Shown here in pieces: positions 1 to 11,458 of a stretch of 55,739 bases of DNA (the first letter of the stretch is position 1; every line of letters begins with the position of its first letter). The translations under genes were made by a program, and so were the position numbers. The notes under the pieces were generated by a model. The model worked only from the letters and a program-made list of their open reading frames with translations, had not been told where the DNA came from and ran no database searches. The DNA comes from Escherichia phage vB_EcoS-683R6: the sequence record ON470595. One strand, written 5' to 3'.

Positions 1-614
1 TGCGGATTGAACGCAGCCGCAGCCTCCGTGCTGATCCCCGACAGCAACACGTCGGTTGTGACAATCAGTAAATTAGCCGTAAAGCCGCAACCTACGCCTG
101 CAATGGCGGCAAGTAAACCTGCAACTGGATGCCTGCCCACCGCCAGAAAAATTAGCGCACCCATCGGTGGCATGATCACTAACGCCGCATCGGAAGAAAT
201 GTGGCTGAAAAAAGCAATAAACAGCACCATATAACTGGCGTAGCGGGCATTAACATGCGATGCCATTTTAACCATTAGCGCTGGTAGTAAGCCGACGCGC
301 TCCGCCAGACCGGCACCTAAAACCAGCGCCAGGATCGCACCAAGTGGAGCAAAACCGCTAAAGTTTTTAATAACATTGGGTAAAAACCAGTGTAATCCTT
401 CCACACTGAGCAGGTTTTTCACCACCACCGGCGTACCATCGGTCGGGTTTTTTGCACTGACGCCAAAGGCCGACAAAATTGCCGTCGTCACCATGAGTAC
501 GATAATCAAATAGATAAAGAGCAAAAAAGGATGGGGAACCTTGTTACCAATTCTTTCGACCCAGCCATAGAGCTTCCCGGATTGGGAGGACGACGGTATG
601 GATGACATACTCAT
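1..614 (-). CDS. abgT: aminobenzoyl-glutamate transporter AbgT, N-terminal part; gene runs off the window start
   Basis: Reverse-strand translation from ATG at 612-614 reads MSMSSIPSSSQSGKLYGWVERIGNKVPHP..., hydrophobic membrane-protein-like; lies directly downstream of abgB as in the abgABT operon. Confidence 0.75.
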   Translation of the reverse strand, partial: MSMSSIPSSSQSGKLYGWVERIGNKVPHPFLLFIYLIIVLMVTTAILSAFGVSAKNPTDGTPVVVKNLLSVEGLHWFLPNVIKNFSGFAPLGAILALVLGAGLAERVGLLPALMVKMASHVNARYASYMVLFIAFFSHISSDAALVIMPPMGALIFLAVGRHPVAGLLAAIAGVGCGFTANLLIVTTDVLLSGISTEAAAAFNP

Positions 615-650
615 GGGCATTCCTCGTTTGTTGTGTTTGCGTTGTTGTTG

Positions 651-2096
651 TTATTTTAAAGGTGACGGTGTCACGTTTTTCGGGATAGGGCAGTGATACG
701 GTTGCGTGTCCGTAACTTGCTGATGCTCTTGTTGGCATTCTTGCAATAGCCCTGAATCAATGAAGAGATTAAGTGTGGTTGCTGCCATAGTTTTCGCCGC
801 CAGCAGCATTCCTTTATGAGCAATAGATGTTCGCCCCTGGCTAACCAGTTGCCACGTATGTAGCGGGGTACCAACGGCAAAGCAGGGGCTGAAACACTGG
901 GCAACAGGCAGTTTCCAACTGACGTCGCCGACATCAGTCGATGCCGCAAGCACGTTATCGGTGGCGGCATATGGAGCGACTTCATTCGCCAGTACCGTTT
1001 CACGATGACGTAGTGCAAAAGCCTTGCCGTTTTCGCCACCGGTTGCAGCGATATTATTCAGACTGTTTTGCCGATCGTTGGGGGTGAGCGTAGCCTGAAT
1101 TTGTTTCGCAAAAGCCAGTTCTTCGCAGTTCCATTCCGGGGTACCAAAATGGGATAGGGCTCGGTACATGGCATTTTCTAAGGTGCGATTCGGGAGATAA
1201 CTGGAACAGGCTTTGTCGAAGCGGCATTCAACCGTGGTTTCGGTCATCAATGCCGCACCTTCGGCGATTTTGGCGACCCGATCATAAATATGCTGCACAT
1301 CGGTCATTTCGGGGGCGCGGATAAGATAAAGCACTTCTGCCTGCGCCTGGACCACGTTGGGCGAGATCCCGCCGCTATCTGTGATGGCATAGTGTACGCG
1401 CGCTTTTTCAATAATATGTTCGTTGAGGAAGTTGGTGCCAGTGGTCATCAACGTTACGGCATCAAGGGCGCTGCGTCCCAAATGAGGGGAATTCGCGGCA
1501 TGTGCTGCGATCCCTTTAAAGCGCCATGATGCCTGAATGTTTGCCAGCGTGCGGGTATTGAACATACCGGCAAAGGCTTCCGGGTGCCAGGTGAGTGCCG
1601 CATCCACATCATCAAATACCCCCTCGCGGACCATGAACGTTTTACCCGAGCCGCCTTCTTCGCCAGGACAACCATAAAAGCGCACCGTGCCGCCTTGCCC
1701 ATATTGTTCCAGCCATTTCTTGACGGCTATTGCAGCGGCAAAGGCGGCGGTTCCCAGCAAATTGTGTCCGCAACCGTGACCATTTTCACCGGGCGTCGCG
1801 GATGTAGGTTGCGCGCAACTTGCTTGCTGACTTAAACCTGCCAGGGCGTCATATTCCCCCAGCAGGGCGATAACCGGTTTGCCTTGACCAAACGAAGCAA
1901 TAAAGGCATTTGGGATATTGCCTACGTTGCGGGTAACGGTGAAGCCTGCAGACTCCAGCGCCGAAGCCAGATGCTCCGCTGACCAGAACTCTTCAAAACG
2001 TGTTTCTGGATGATCCCAGATTTGATCGGCAATATCGGTATAACGTTGGCGATCGGCTTCAATCGCATCGTCGATAAAACGATAGATTTCCTGCAT
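651..2096 (-). CDS. abgB: p-aminobenzoyl-glutamate hydrolase subunit B (M20 peptidase family)
   Basis: 481-aa ORF MQEIYRFIDDAIEADRQRYTDIADQIWDHPE...; recognised as AbgB; 1-nt overlap with upstream abgA. Confidence 0.9.
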   Translation of the reverse strand: MQEIYRFIDDAIEADRQRYTDIADQIWDHPETRFEEFWSAEHLASALESAGFTVTRNVGNIPNAFIASFGQGKPVIALLGEYDALAGLSQQASCAQPTSATPGENGHGCGHNLLGTAAFAAAIAVKKWLEQYGQGGTVRFYGCPGEEGGSGKTFMVREGVFDDVDAALTWHPEAFAGMFNTRTLANIQASWRFKGIAAHAANSPHLGRSALDAVTLMTTGTNFLNEHIIEKARVHYAITDSGGISPNVVQAQAEVLYLIRAPEMTDVQHIYDRVAKIAEGAALMTETTVECRFDKACSSYLPNRTLENAMYRALSHFGTPEWNCEELAFAKQIQATLTPNDRQNSLNNIAATGGENGKAFALRHRETVLANEVAPYAATDNVLAASTDVGDVSWKLPVAQCFSPCFAVGTPLHTWQLVSQGRTSIAHKGMLLAAKTMAATTLNLFIDSGLLQECQQEHQQVTDTQPYHCPIPKNVTPSPLK

Positions 2097-3421
2097 CAGA
2101 TACCTCGCGTCCAGGGAAAATTGAGCGCGGTGCGCGCCAGCGTTTCGACGGCAATAGCGAGAACCTGCTCGTCAAAATCGAATTTTTCGTTGTGATGACC
2201 TGCCGCCAGCTGTGTGCCAAACACCACGTAGGAGGCTTGCCCTTGATGTTGCTGCACGCGGGCCATCATTAATGTGGCATCTTCGGAACCCGCAGGCGCT
2301 TCAACACGTTCAATGGCTTGATTGACCCCCGGGACCTGAGCTGCCTGACTTTGCAACCATGCGACCCATTGCGGCGAAGGAGAACTGGCGGTAGCTGCAC
2401 CCATCAGACGAGTTTCAACGCCGACACCATACATGGTTGCTGCGCCCTGAATCGCTTGTTGTGCACGTTCAAAAACATATTGATTAATGACGTCGCTGGC
2501 CCCGCGTGTTTCCACTTTCAGCAACGCTGAGGCGGGAACAACATTACGACCGCTTCCTGCCTGCATAACGCCCACGTTTACTCTGGAAGCGCCTTCGCTG
2601 TGCGGGGCGATTGCATGCAGTGCAAGAGTTGCTTGTGCTGCCGCCAACAAGGCATTGTGACCGTCTTCTGGTTTTGCGCCTGCGTGAGCGGCGGTCCCGG
2701 TGAAGTGCGCGTCAAATTTGGTGGTTGCCATAAAATTATCACTGCCGCACACCACGGTGCCCGCAGGTATGCCAGTGCCAATGTGCACGGCAGTAAAATA
2801 ATCAACATCATCCACTACACCTGCATCGACCATCGCCCGCGCGCCACGCGTACCTTCTTCTGCAGGTTGAAAAATCAGTTTGATGACGCCATGTAGTCCG
2901 GACTCGAACTGTTTAAGGGTATGCGCCAGCCCAAGTCCAATGGCGGTATGTCCATCATGACCACAGGCATGCATCATTCCGGCGTTACATGACGCAAAAC
3001 CGTCGCGGTAGGGGCGATGGCTGACATCCCGTTCTTCACTGAGATCCAGCGCGTCCATATCGACACGGAAAGCCATCACCGGACCGGGGCGACCGGTATC
3101 CAGGGTAGCGACGATGCCAGTGAAACCGCCTTCAAAAGCCGCAATCCATTGTTCTAGCGCACCCTGTTGACGAGCGCGCTCGAATTCGCGTTGTAGAGTG
3201 AATTCATCAGGTAATCCCATCCGGCTACTTTCATTAACTACTTCGCGGCCCAGCGCCAGTGAATAACCGAGCTGGTGCAATTCTTCCGCAACAAGGGTGG
3301 CAGTGCGGAATTCCACCCAGCCAGACTCTGCATAGTGGTGAAAATCACGTCGCCAGTGCGATAATTTTGGGGCAAGCGAATTAATAAATTGATTCAAAGA
3401 CTCCATAACCTTTCCCGTCAT
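2096..3421 (-). CDS. abgA: p-aminobenzoyl-glutamate hydrolase subunit A (M20 peptidase family)
   Basis: 441-aa ORF; metal-binding HxD/HACGHD-type motifs; position upstream of abgB. Confidence 0.9.
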   Translation of the reverse strand: MTGKVMESLNQFINSLAPKLSHWRRDFHHYAESGWVEFRTATLVAEELHQLGYSLALGREVVNESSRMGLPDEFTLQREFERARQQGALEQWIAAFEGGFTGIVATLDTGRPGPVMAFRVDMDALDLSEERDVSHRPYRDGFASCNAGMMHACGHDGHTAIGLGLAHTLKQFESGLHGVIKLIFQPAEEGTRGARAMVDAGVVDDVDYFTAVHIGTGIPAGTVVCGSDNFMATTKFDAHFTGTAAHAGAKPEDGHNALLAAAQATLALHAIAPHSEGASRVNVGVMQAGSGRNVVPASALLKVETRGASDVINQYVFERAQQAIQGAATMYGVGVETRLMGAATASSPSPQWVAWLQSQAAQVPGVNQAIERVEAPAGSEDATLMMARVQQHQGQASYVVFGTQLAAGHHNEKFDFDEQVLAIAVETLARTALNFPWTRGI

Positions 3422-3581
3422 CAGTAAAAAGTGTGACCCGGTTCACGTAGCGATAGTTTTTACTTATCACTAACTGATTTTTCACAGTTTTAACCGTTCA
3501 TAAATTACCCTGACACAATCATCTGCATTAAAGTAGATGCCAGTTTCTTTGGTCTGATAAATAACGGTTATCGGTGGCGTC

Positions 3582-4490
3582 ATGGCTTTTCAGGTAAAAA
3601 TTCATCAAATTCGGGCTTTTGTTGAAGTGGCTCGTCAGGGCAGCATTCGCGGAGCGAGCCGAATGTTGAATATGTCGCAACCGGCACTGAGTAAATCTAT
3701 TCAGGAGCTGGAAGAAGGGTTGGCGGCACAACTCTTTTTTCGCCGTAGTAAAGGCGTGACGTTAACTGATGCCGGCGAAAGTTTTTATCAGCACGCCAGT
3801 CTTATTCTTGAAGAGCTGCGCGCAGCGCAAGAGGATATTCGCCAACGACAAGGGCAACTAGCAGGGCAAATTAATATCGGCATGGGGGCCAGTATTTCCC
3901 GCAGTCTGATGCCAGCTGTCATATCTCGTTTTCATCAGCAGCATCCGCAGGTAAAAGTACGCATTATGGAAGGGCAACTGGTATCGATGATTAATGAATT
4001 GCGCCAGGGGGAACTGGATTTCACCATCAATACCTATTATCAGGGACCCTACGACCACGAATTTACTTTTGAGAAATTACTGGAAAAGCAATTCGCGATC
4101 TTTTGCCGCCCGGGACATCCCGCCATTGGTGCCCGTTCGATCAAACAGTTACTGGACTACAGCTGGACAATGCCGACGCCACACGGCAGCTACTACAAAC
4201 ACTTGAGTGAATTGCTTGACGATCAGGCGCAAACGCCACAGGTCGGCGTAGTCTGCGAGACGTTCTCAGCCTGTATCAGTCTGGTGGCAAAAAGCGATTT
4301 TCTCAGCATACTACCTGAAGAAATGGGCTGCGATCCCTTGCACGGACAGGGGCTGGTGATGTTGCCGGTTAGCGAAATTTTACCGAAAGCGACCTATTAT
4401 TTGATTCAGCGACGTGATAGTCGCCAGACACCACTGACCGCGTCATTAATCACGCAATTTCGGCGAGAATGCGGCTATCTGCAAAGTTAA
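3582..4490 (+). CDS. abgR: LysR-family transcriptional regulator AbgR
   Basis: 302-aa ORF with N-terminal LysR HTH (MSQPALSKSIQELEEGL), divergent from abgA. Confidence 0.9.
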   Translation: MAFQVKIHQIRAFVEVARQGSIRGASRMLNMSQPALSKSIQELEEGLAAQLFFRRSKGVTLTDAGESFYQHASLILEELRAAQEDIRQRQGQLAGQINIGMGASISRSLMPAVISRFHQQHPQVKVRIMEGQLVSMINELRQGELDFTINTYYQGPYDHEFTFEKLLEKQFAIFCRPGHPAIGARSIKQLLDYSWTMPTPHGSYYKHLSELLDDQAQTPQVGVVCETFSACISLVAKSDFLSILPEEMGCDPLHGQGLVMLPVSEILPKATYYLIQRRDSRQTPLTASLITQFRRECGYLQS

Positions 4491-4496
4491 AACTGC

Positions 4497-4593
4497 ATAA
4501 AAAAATAGAGTCTGTCGACATCCGCCAGACTCTACAGTACACACAGCAGTGCATCCTCGTCTTAAATCCGGCCTGGGGTCCTGGTGACCGGTG
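4497..4593 (-). ncRNA. mcaS: small RNA McaS (IsrA)
   Basis: Reverse strand matches remembered McaS 3' half (..GCACUGCUGUGUGUACUGUAGAGUCUGGCGGAUGUCGACAGACUCUAUUUUUUUAUG) with intrinsic terminator hairpin plus U-run; lies between abgR and smrA as in K-12. Ends approximate. Confidence 0.55.
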
Positions 4594-4662
4594 ACAGTGT
4601 TATAACGGTTTTACCCATCCGTTGCCAATTTTCTTCAGTGACAGATTTCACGAAAATATAAG

Positions 4663-5478
4663 TTAAATCATTTGTCTTGTGATTGCATAATCATGCATCG
4701 TTAATCGACGAGTAAATTTACCGGGCGAGTAGCCCGTTCGACGCTTAAACATATTGCCGAACGATTCAGCTGAGGCATAGCCCAGACGATGGGCAATTTT
4801 GGTCAACGAATATCCATCATCAAGAAGCGTCACTGCAGAAATAACGTGCATTTGCTGAACCCAGTGGCGAAATGTTAATCCCGTCTCTTTAACAAATAAG
4901 CGCATGAGTGTACGGCTACTGACGTTAATTTTATCCGCTAGATTATCCAATGTTGGCAGATACCCTTGGTTGTTTAGCAAATTCTCACAAAGCTGCTGTA
5001 GCCGCTCATCATTTGGCCAAGGGAGTTCAAGTGACATTTTCACCCCCATTTTTATTTCCTGAAGTATCAGTGTCTCGAGGGCTGAAAAACGTAACTGTTG
5101 TTTATCTGTGGTACTTTGCGACGGTGGAAGTTGGTTAATTGCAATTAGTAATTCCCTTAACAGGGGTGAAATACCCGTCATGAAGCAAACTTTTCCCAGC
5201 GTTTCACTTTCCGCTTCTGAAACCAGTACGGTTTTTAAAAGTACGTTGCCTGTCGCAACAAACTTATGCGGCATTTGTGGGGGCAGCCAAAGCGCGCTGC
5301 TGGCATGCACTAGCCAGACGCTTTCTCCAGCCCATACACGAACGACTCCTTCAGCCGGGTAAAGCAACTGGGCATAGAGATGTTTATGCCAGGGAACTGT
5401 ACCTCCATTCAGATGTTCCGAATCCAGTCCGATAATGTGATGCCCTGGTGATGCTTTGGGTTGCAGTGTGATTGTCAT
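4663..5478 (-). CDS. AraC/XylS-family transcriptional regulator (cupin-like N-terminus, C-terminal HTH)
   Basis: 271-aa ORF; C-terminal AraC signature (KIAHRLGYASAESFGNMFKRRTGYSPGKF); divergent from the efflux pair. Confidence 0.8.
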   Translation of the reverse strand: MTITLQPKASPGHHIIGLDSEHLNGGTVPWHKHLYAQLLYPAEGVVRVWAGESVWLVHASSALWLPPQMPHKFVATGNVLLKTVLVSEAESETLGKVCFMTGISPLLRELLIAINQLPPSQSTTDKQQLRFSALETLILQEIKMGVKMSLELPWPNDERLQQLCENLLNNQGYLPTLDNLADKINVSSRTLMRLFVKETGLTFRHWVQQMHVISAVTLLDDGYSLTKIAHRLGYASAESFGNMFKRRTGYSPGKFTRRLTMHDYAITRQMI

Positions 5479-5571
5479 TTACAGTAGGTATTTTGTCAGA
5501 AATCATCAAATAAGCCATGTTAAATTTTAAATATGACGAATGCAAGTTTCCGGATATATACGGTGTAAAGA

Positions 5572-6603
5572 GTGATGATAATTTCTAAAAAACAGCTTAT
5601 TGGGGTGGTAGCGATCGGTATTATTTTAGCTGGCGTTGTCTTTTTTATCTGGTGGGTAAGCACAGGAAGATTTATACAGACGACGGATGATGCTTACATT
5701 GGTGGTAATATCACCACGGTGGCAAGTAAAGTTTCTGGTTATATTTCTGCTATAGAGGTGCGCGATAATCAGAGCGTAAAAAAAGGCGATATTATCCTGC
5801 GTCTCGATGATCGGGATTATCGTGCAAATGTCGCCAGGCTTGAGGCAAAAATAAAAAGTAGCAAAGCCAATCTCGAAAGCATTCAAGCCACTATTGCGAT
5901 GCAGCAGTCGATAATTCAAAGTGCCAGTGAAACATGGCAGGCAGTAAAACATGAGGAGCAAAAGCGCCTGCGAGATACTGAACGTTATGAAAAACTCGCA
6001 CAATCAGCGGCAATATCGCAACAAATTATTGATAACGCCAGGTTTGACTACCAGCAGGTCGCAGCAAAGGAGCGCAAAGCCGCGAACGATTTCCTGGTGG
6101 AGAAGCAACGGCTGGCAGTTTTATCTGCTCAGGAAGAAAACGTACGTGCGAGTATCGAAGAAGTTCAGGCCGCTTTGACTCAGGCACTACTGGATCTGGA
6201 ATATACCCTTGTTCGTGCGCCGATTGATGGCATTGTCGCAAACCGCAGCGCCCATACAGGCAGTTGGGTGGAAGGCGGCACATCGTTAGTTTCACTTGTA
6301 CCAGTCAGTGAGTTGTGGGTTGATGCAAATTATAAAGAAAACCAAATAGCGGGAATGAAGCCAGGAATGAAGGCTGAGATCCGTGCTGATATTCTCAAAG
6401 GGGAAGTGTTTCACGGTCACATTGAAAGCCTTTCCCCAGCGACAGGAGCCAGTTTCAGCTTGATTCCGATAGAAAATGCCACTGGCAATTTCACCAAAAT
6501 TGTTCAGCGTGTCCCGGTACGGATTGCATTTGACGACGCAAAGGAATTAAAGCAACTTCTTCGCCCGGGACTGTCCGTCACCGTCAGTGTTGATGAGAGA
6601 TGA
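5572..6603 (+). CDS. HlyD/EmrA-family membrane fusion protein (efflux pump periplasmic adaptor)
   Basis: 343-aa ORF; N-terminal TM helix, coiled-coil middle, HlyD-like beta-barrel C-terminus (LVRAPIDGIV); 4-nt overlap with downstream transporter. Confidence 0.8.
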   Translation: MMIISKKQLIGVVAIGIILAGVVFFIWWVSTGRFIQTTDDAYIGGNITTVASKVSGYISAIEVRDNQSVKKGDIILRLDDRDYRANVARLEAKIKSSKANLESIQATIAMQQSIIQSASETWQAVKHEEQKRLRDTERYEKLAQSAAISQQIIDNARFDYQQVAAKERKAANDFLVEKQRLAVLSAQEENVRASIEEVQAALTQALLDLEYTLVRAPIDGIVANRSAHTGSWVEGGTSLVSLVPVSELWVDANYKENQIAGMKPGMKAEIRADILKGEVFHGHIESLSPATGASFSLIPIENATGNFTKIVQRVPVRIAFDDAKELKQLLRPGLSVTVSVDER

Positions 6604-8114
6604 TGTCTATGCGTAAACATATTGCTTTCGCCAGTATGTGTATGGGATTATTTATTGCTCAGCTTGATATTCAAATTGTATCGTCATCCCTAAATGAAAT
6701 AGGTGGTGGTCTGTCCGCAGGTAAAGACGAAATGGCCTGGCTTCAGACCAGCTATTTAATTGCTGAGATTATTGTTATTCCGCTCTCTGGGTGGCTGTCA
6801 CGGGTATTTTCCACTCGTTGGCTTTTTACTCTATCCGCGGGAATATTTACTTTAATGAGTATCGCGTGTGGACTTGCATGGAATATTCAGATCATGATTT
6901 TGTTTCGTGCTTTACAGGGAGCGGCTGGCGCATCCATGATCCCTTTAGTTTTCACGACGGCGTTTATTTATTACCAGGGTAAAGAGTTGGGGTTGGCTGC
7001 TGCGGTAGTCAGTGCGCTGGCCTCACTGTCACCGACGCTAGGGCCAACTCTGGGGGGCTGGATCACTGATAACCTCGACTGGCGATGGCTATTTTATATC
7101 AATATATTACCTGGCATATATTTAGTTTTGAGTATTCCTTTTCTGGTTAATTTTGATAAACCTGATCTCTCTTTACTGAAAGTTGCTGATTATCCGAGTA
7201 TTATCCTGTTGGCCATGACACTGGGATGTCTGGAATATACTCTTGAAGAAGGAGCGCGCTGGGGATGGCTGGATGATAATACTATTTTGCTGACATCAGT
7301 TCTGGCATTGGTGAGTTTTATTTTATTTGCTGCGCGTACACTTACAATATCCAATCCGATAATGGATCTTCATGCTTTTAAGGATAAAAATTTCACGCTG
7401 GGATGTTTTTTTTCTTTTTCTGGAGGGGTTGGGATATTCTCTACTGTATATTTAATACCTGTGTTTTTGGGGCAGGTTCGCGGATTAAATGCCGAAGAGA
7501 TAGGTTTTGCCGTTTGCACAACAGGTATTTTCCAGTTATTTTCTGTTCCCTTTTACTTCTGGTTAAGTAAAAAAATAAATCTGCGATGGCTGTTGATGGC
7601 GGGGCTGGGTGGATTTGTGTTTTCAATGTATCTTTTTACCCCTATAACCCACGAATGGGGATGGCAGGAGTTACTGTTTCCACAGGCAATTAGAGGGATT
7701 TCGCAGCAGTTTGCGATGGCCCCCATCGTAACATTAACGCTGGGAGGAATTCCAAAAGAACGGCTGAAGTTAGCCTCTGGTGTATTTAATTTAACACGTA
7801 ATCTTGGGGGCGCGATTGGTATTGCCCTGTGTGGCTCTATTCTCAATAATCGAACTAATTTTCATTTTTCGAGAATGGGTGAAAAAATGGTTTCTGTTCC
7901 CCATACGGTGAATGACTTCATTTCCAGAAGTGCTTTGTTTTTTGATCGCAGTGGAAGTGACCAGACATCGGAAATACTGGCTTCAACCAAATTATTGAGT
8001 CAATTGATGCTGAGGGAGGCGCAAACTATGGCATTTTCGGATACCTTTCTGCTAATCAGTGGTCTGTTATTTATCGCATTTTTGTTGGTTCCTGCTATGA
8101 ATAAATCATCCTGA
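6600..8114 (+). CDS. MFS transporter, EmrB/QacA-like (14-TM drug:H+ antiporter family)
   Basis: 504-aa strongly hydrophobic ORF, translationally coupled to the HlyD-like gene. Confidence 0.8.
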   Translation: MMSMRKHIAFASMCMGLFIAQLDIQIVSSSLNEIGGGLSAGKDEMAWLQTSYLIAEIIVIPLSGWLSRVFSTRWLFTLSAGIFTLMSIACGLAWNIQIMILFRALQGAAGASMIPLVFTTAFIYYQGKELGLAAAVVSALASLSPTLGPTLGGWITDNLDWRWLFYINILPGIYLVLSIPFLVNFDKPDLSLLKVADYPSIILLAMTLGCLEYTLEEGARWGWLDDNTILLTSVLALVSFILFAARTLTISNPIMDLHAFKDKNFTLGCFFSFSGGVGIFSTVYLIPVFLGQVRGLNAEEIGFAVCTTGIFQLFSVPFYFWLSKKINLRWLLMAGLGGFVFSMYLFTPITHEWGWQELLFPQAIRGISQQFAMAPIVTLTLGGIPKERLKLASGVFNLTRNLGGAIGIALCGSILNNRTNFHFSRMGEKMVSVPHTVNDFISRSALFFDRSGSDQTSEILASTKLLSQLMLREAQTMAFSDTFLLISGLLFIAFLLVPAMNKSS

Positions 8115-8308
8115 TCGGAGCCTGTGCTGAATTAAACTCGGGCTAAACTGTTCGATACTGCTAACAGGCTAGTATAAAATGCCCCGCCTGCGCAGATACT
8201 CACAGGTATGAAGTAGAGTATTGTTTCAATCTGTGAAGGGAACGATGCAGTAAGTATGAACAATTAACCCGTCTGAATCACGACGTGTGAAGGTGCATAG
8301 GAGGTTAC

Positions 8309-8872
8309 ATGAACCTTGACGACAAATCGCTGTTTCTTGACGCCATGGAAGATGTCCAGCCGCTGAAACGTGCTACAGATGTCCACTGGCATCCAACGCG
8401 TAACCAACGTGCGCCGCAGCGTATCGACACGCTGCAACTTGATAATTTCCTCACCACCGGATTTCTCGACATCATCCCGCTAAGTCAGCCGCTGGAGTTT
8501 CGGCGGGAAGGGTTGCAACATGGGGTGCTGGATAAGCTGCGCAGTGGTAAATATCCGCAACAGGCGAGCCTGAATCTTTTGCGCCAGCCGGTGGAAGAGT
8601 GCCGCAAAATGGTGTTCAGTTTCATTCAACAAGCCCTGGCGGATGGTTTGCGTAATGTGCTGATTATTCATGGTAAAGGGCGGGAAGATAAATCGCATGC
8701 CAATATTGTCCGCAGCTATGTGGCGCGCTGGTTGACCGAATTTGATGATGTCCAGGCATATTGTACCGCGCTACCGCATCATGGCGGCAGCGGGGCGTGT
8801 TACGTCGCACTACGTAAAACGGCACAGGCAAAGCAAGAAAACTGGGAGCGCCACGCTAAGCGCAGTCGTTGA
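8309..8872 (+). CDS. smrA: Smr-domain endonuclease SmrA (YdaL)
   Basis: 187-aa ORF; C-terminal Smr domain (LIIHGKGREDKSHANIVRSYVARWL). Confidence 0.85.
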   Translation: MNLDDKSLFLDAMEDVQPLKRATDVHWHPTRNQRAPQRIDTLQLDNFLTTGFLDIIPLSQPLEFRREGLQHGVLDKLRSGKYPQQASLNLLRQPVEECRKMVFSFIQQALADGLRNVLIIHGKGREDKSHANIVRSYVARWLTEFDDVQAYCTALPHHGGSGACYVALRKTAQAKQENWERHAKRSR

Positions 8873-8892
8873 TCTCGAGACGCATCCGCGGC

Positions 8893-10125
8893 TTATGCCG
8901 CCAGCACGCGGTTGCGTCCATCATTTTTCGCCCGATACAAAGCATCATCAACGCGTTTAAACAGTTCATCGATGCTTTCATTTCCTTCGTGATGCGCCAC
9001 ACCAATGCTGACGGTAAAGCGTGGTAAGCCCGAAATACTCACTTTTGCCACGCTTACGCGGATAGTTTCAGCCAGCGAAAGCGCGGTATCCAGTGGGGTT
9101 CTTGGTAGCAATAAGACAAACTCTTCGCCTCCCCAACGAAACACCAAATCGCCTTTGCGAGCGCAACTTTCGAGAGTGCGGGCGAGGGTGCATAACACCT
9201 CATCACCTTTAGAATGCCCATAGAGATCGTTAATGTGTTTAAAACGATCGGTGTCGATGAGCAATAAGCTGTAATCCTGAGCGATGGCGAGGTGCTGCAT
9301 TTGGCCTGGCTCGGTAATGTGATAAAACTGTCGCCGATTCAGTAATCCGGTCATCGCGTCATGGTGGGCAGCATGTTCCAGCTGCTCCTCCAGCCGTTTT
9401 TGCTCAGTAATATCATGCACAATACATAACATGAGCTTGTCGCCATAAATTTCAATCGGACCGGCATAGGTCTGCACATGACGAGTCGAACCATCCGCCA
9501 GTTTATGAACAAAATTCAAAGGCTTATGGCCACCGGGTAAATGCGAAATTTCATGCATGATAGGCATGACGCGTCGCCCGAGCATATTTATTTCCCAGGT
9601 ATGTTTCTGGCACATCGTTTCATGGTTATAGCCATAGAAATTGAGCGCGGCGAGGTTAGCATCAACGATTTGGCCATCTCGTGAGGGGTCAATCAACAAC
9701 ATTGGTGCAGAGTTAGTCAGAAAAAAGCGCGCATAAAAACCTTGTTTTTTGCGCTGATAATTTGCCGAGCGACTGGCTTTTAAACCCAGCGTTGCCGGTG
9801 CTTCGATACCTTCGAAAATAATCACCGGTTCTGCTTCTGTCAGCTTTCGCAAAACAAGCCGACAACTCAATGCTGTTTCCTCTTCATTGCGCTGAACGGT
9901 GAGGATTTCGATAATATCGTGTTGGTTTTGCAGATCGGAGAGGTATTTCGGCAGTTCTTTTTGTGAGGAGACGGAATAGGGACCGGTTCGTAGCTGACTA
10001 AACGTGAGGTCTTGCATCAACAGTCGCGCCGCGCTGTTGGCATAAATTAACTGTTCCTCAAAGGGCGAAACGATCCAGACAGGACTGGTGAGTAAGTCCA
10101 GGGTATTGAAGTTGTGCGTAATCAT
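8893..10125 (-). CDS. dgcM: diguanylate cyclase DgcM (YdaM), PAS-GGDEF
   Basis: GGEEF motif (RWGGEEFVLLL) and PAS region; start placed at internal Met (MITHNFNTLDL) matching the ~410-aa K-12 protein; the frame is open to 10185. Confidence 0.85.
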   Translation of the reverse strand: MITHNFNTLDLLTSPVWIVSPFEEQLIYANSAARLLMQDLTFSQLRTGPYSVSSQKELPKYLSDLQNQHDIIEILTVQRNEEETALSCRLVLRKLTEAEPVIIFEGIEAPATLGLKASRSANYQRKKQGFYARFFLTNSAPMLLIDPSRDGQIVDANLAALNFYGYNHETMCQKHTWEINMLGRRVMPIMHEISHLPGGHKPLNFVHKLADGSTRHVQTYAGPIEIYGDKLMLCIVHDITEQKRLEEQLEHAAHHDAMTGLLNRRQFYHITEPGQMQHLAIAQDYSLLLIDTDRFKHINDLYGHSKGDEVLCTLARTLESCARKGDLVFRWGGEEFVLLLPRTPLDTALSLAETIRVSVAKVSISGLPRFTVSIGVAHHEGNESIDELFKRVDDALYRAKNDGRNRVLAA

Positions 10126-10358
10126 TGAGATCCCGTTATTTTTATCAATTTTTGTTGCTATCCGATCGCAAAAAAGCCACGTCATATGATCAGATAATTC
10201 TGATAATGATAGACGCTATTTAACACTTCACACGGTTTGTATATGGAAAAGCATTTTGCTTTTTGTATTCAATTTAGACAGAATTTTATTAATCATTTCA
10301 GGGTAATGGGGTGATGAGATGTTGCGTAACAGGGCCAGAAGGCTAGACTACAAAATAA

Positions 10359-11363
<1,005 letters not shown>

Positions 11364-11409
11364 CAAAAGCAATTTTCCCGGATGTCTGTATACAAAAACG
11401 CCGCAAAGT

Positions 11410-11423
11410 TTGAGCGAAGTCAA
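11410..11423 (+). promoter_or_regulatory. FNR-box-like site TTGAGCGAAGTCAA, centred about 42 bp upstream of the fnrS start
   Basis: Matches TTGAT-N4-ATCAA consensus at 8 of 10 positions; class II spacing relative to the fnrS 5' end. Confidence 0.6.
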
Positions 11424-11458
11424 TAAACTCTCTACCCATTCAGGGCAATATCTCTCTT

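Noticed and set aside
7-234. 75-aa forward ORF at the window start
   Set aside because: Lies antisense within the abgT coding region; no support as a separate gene.
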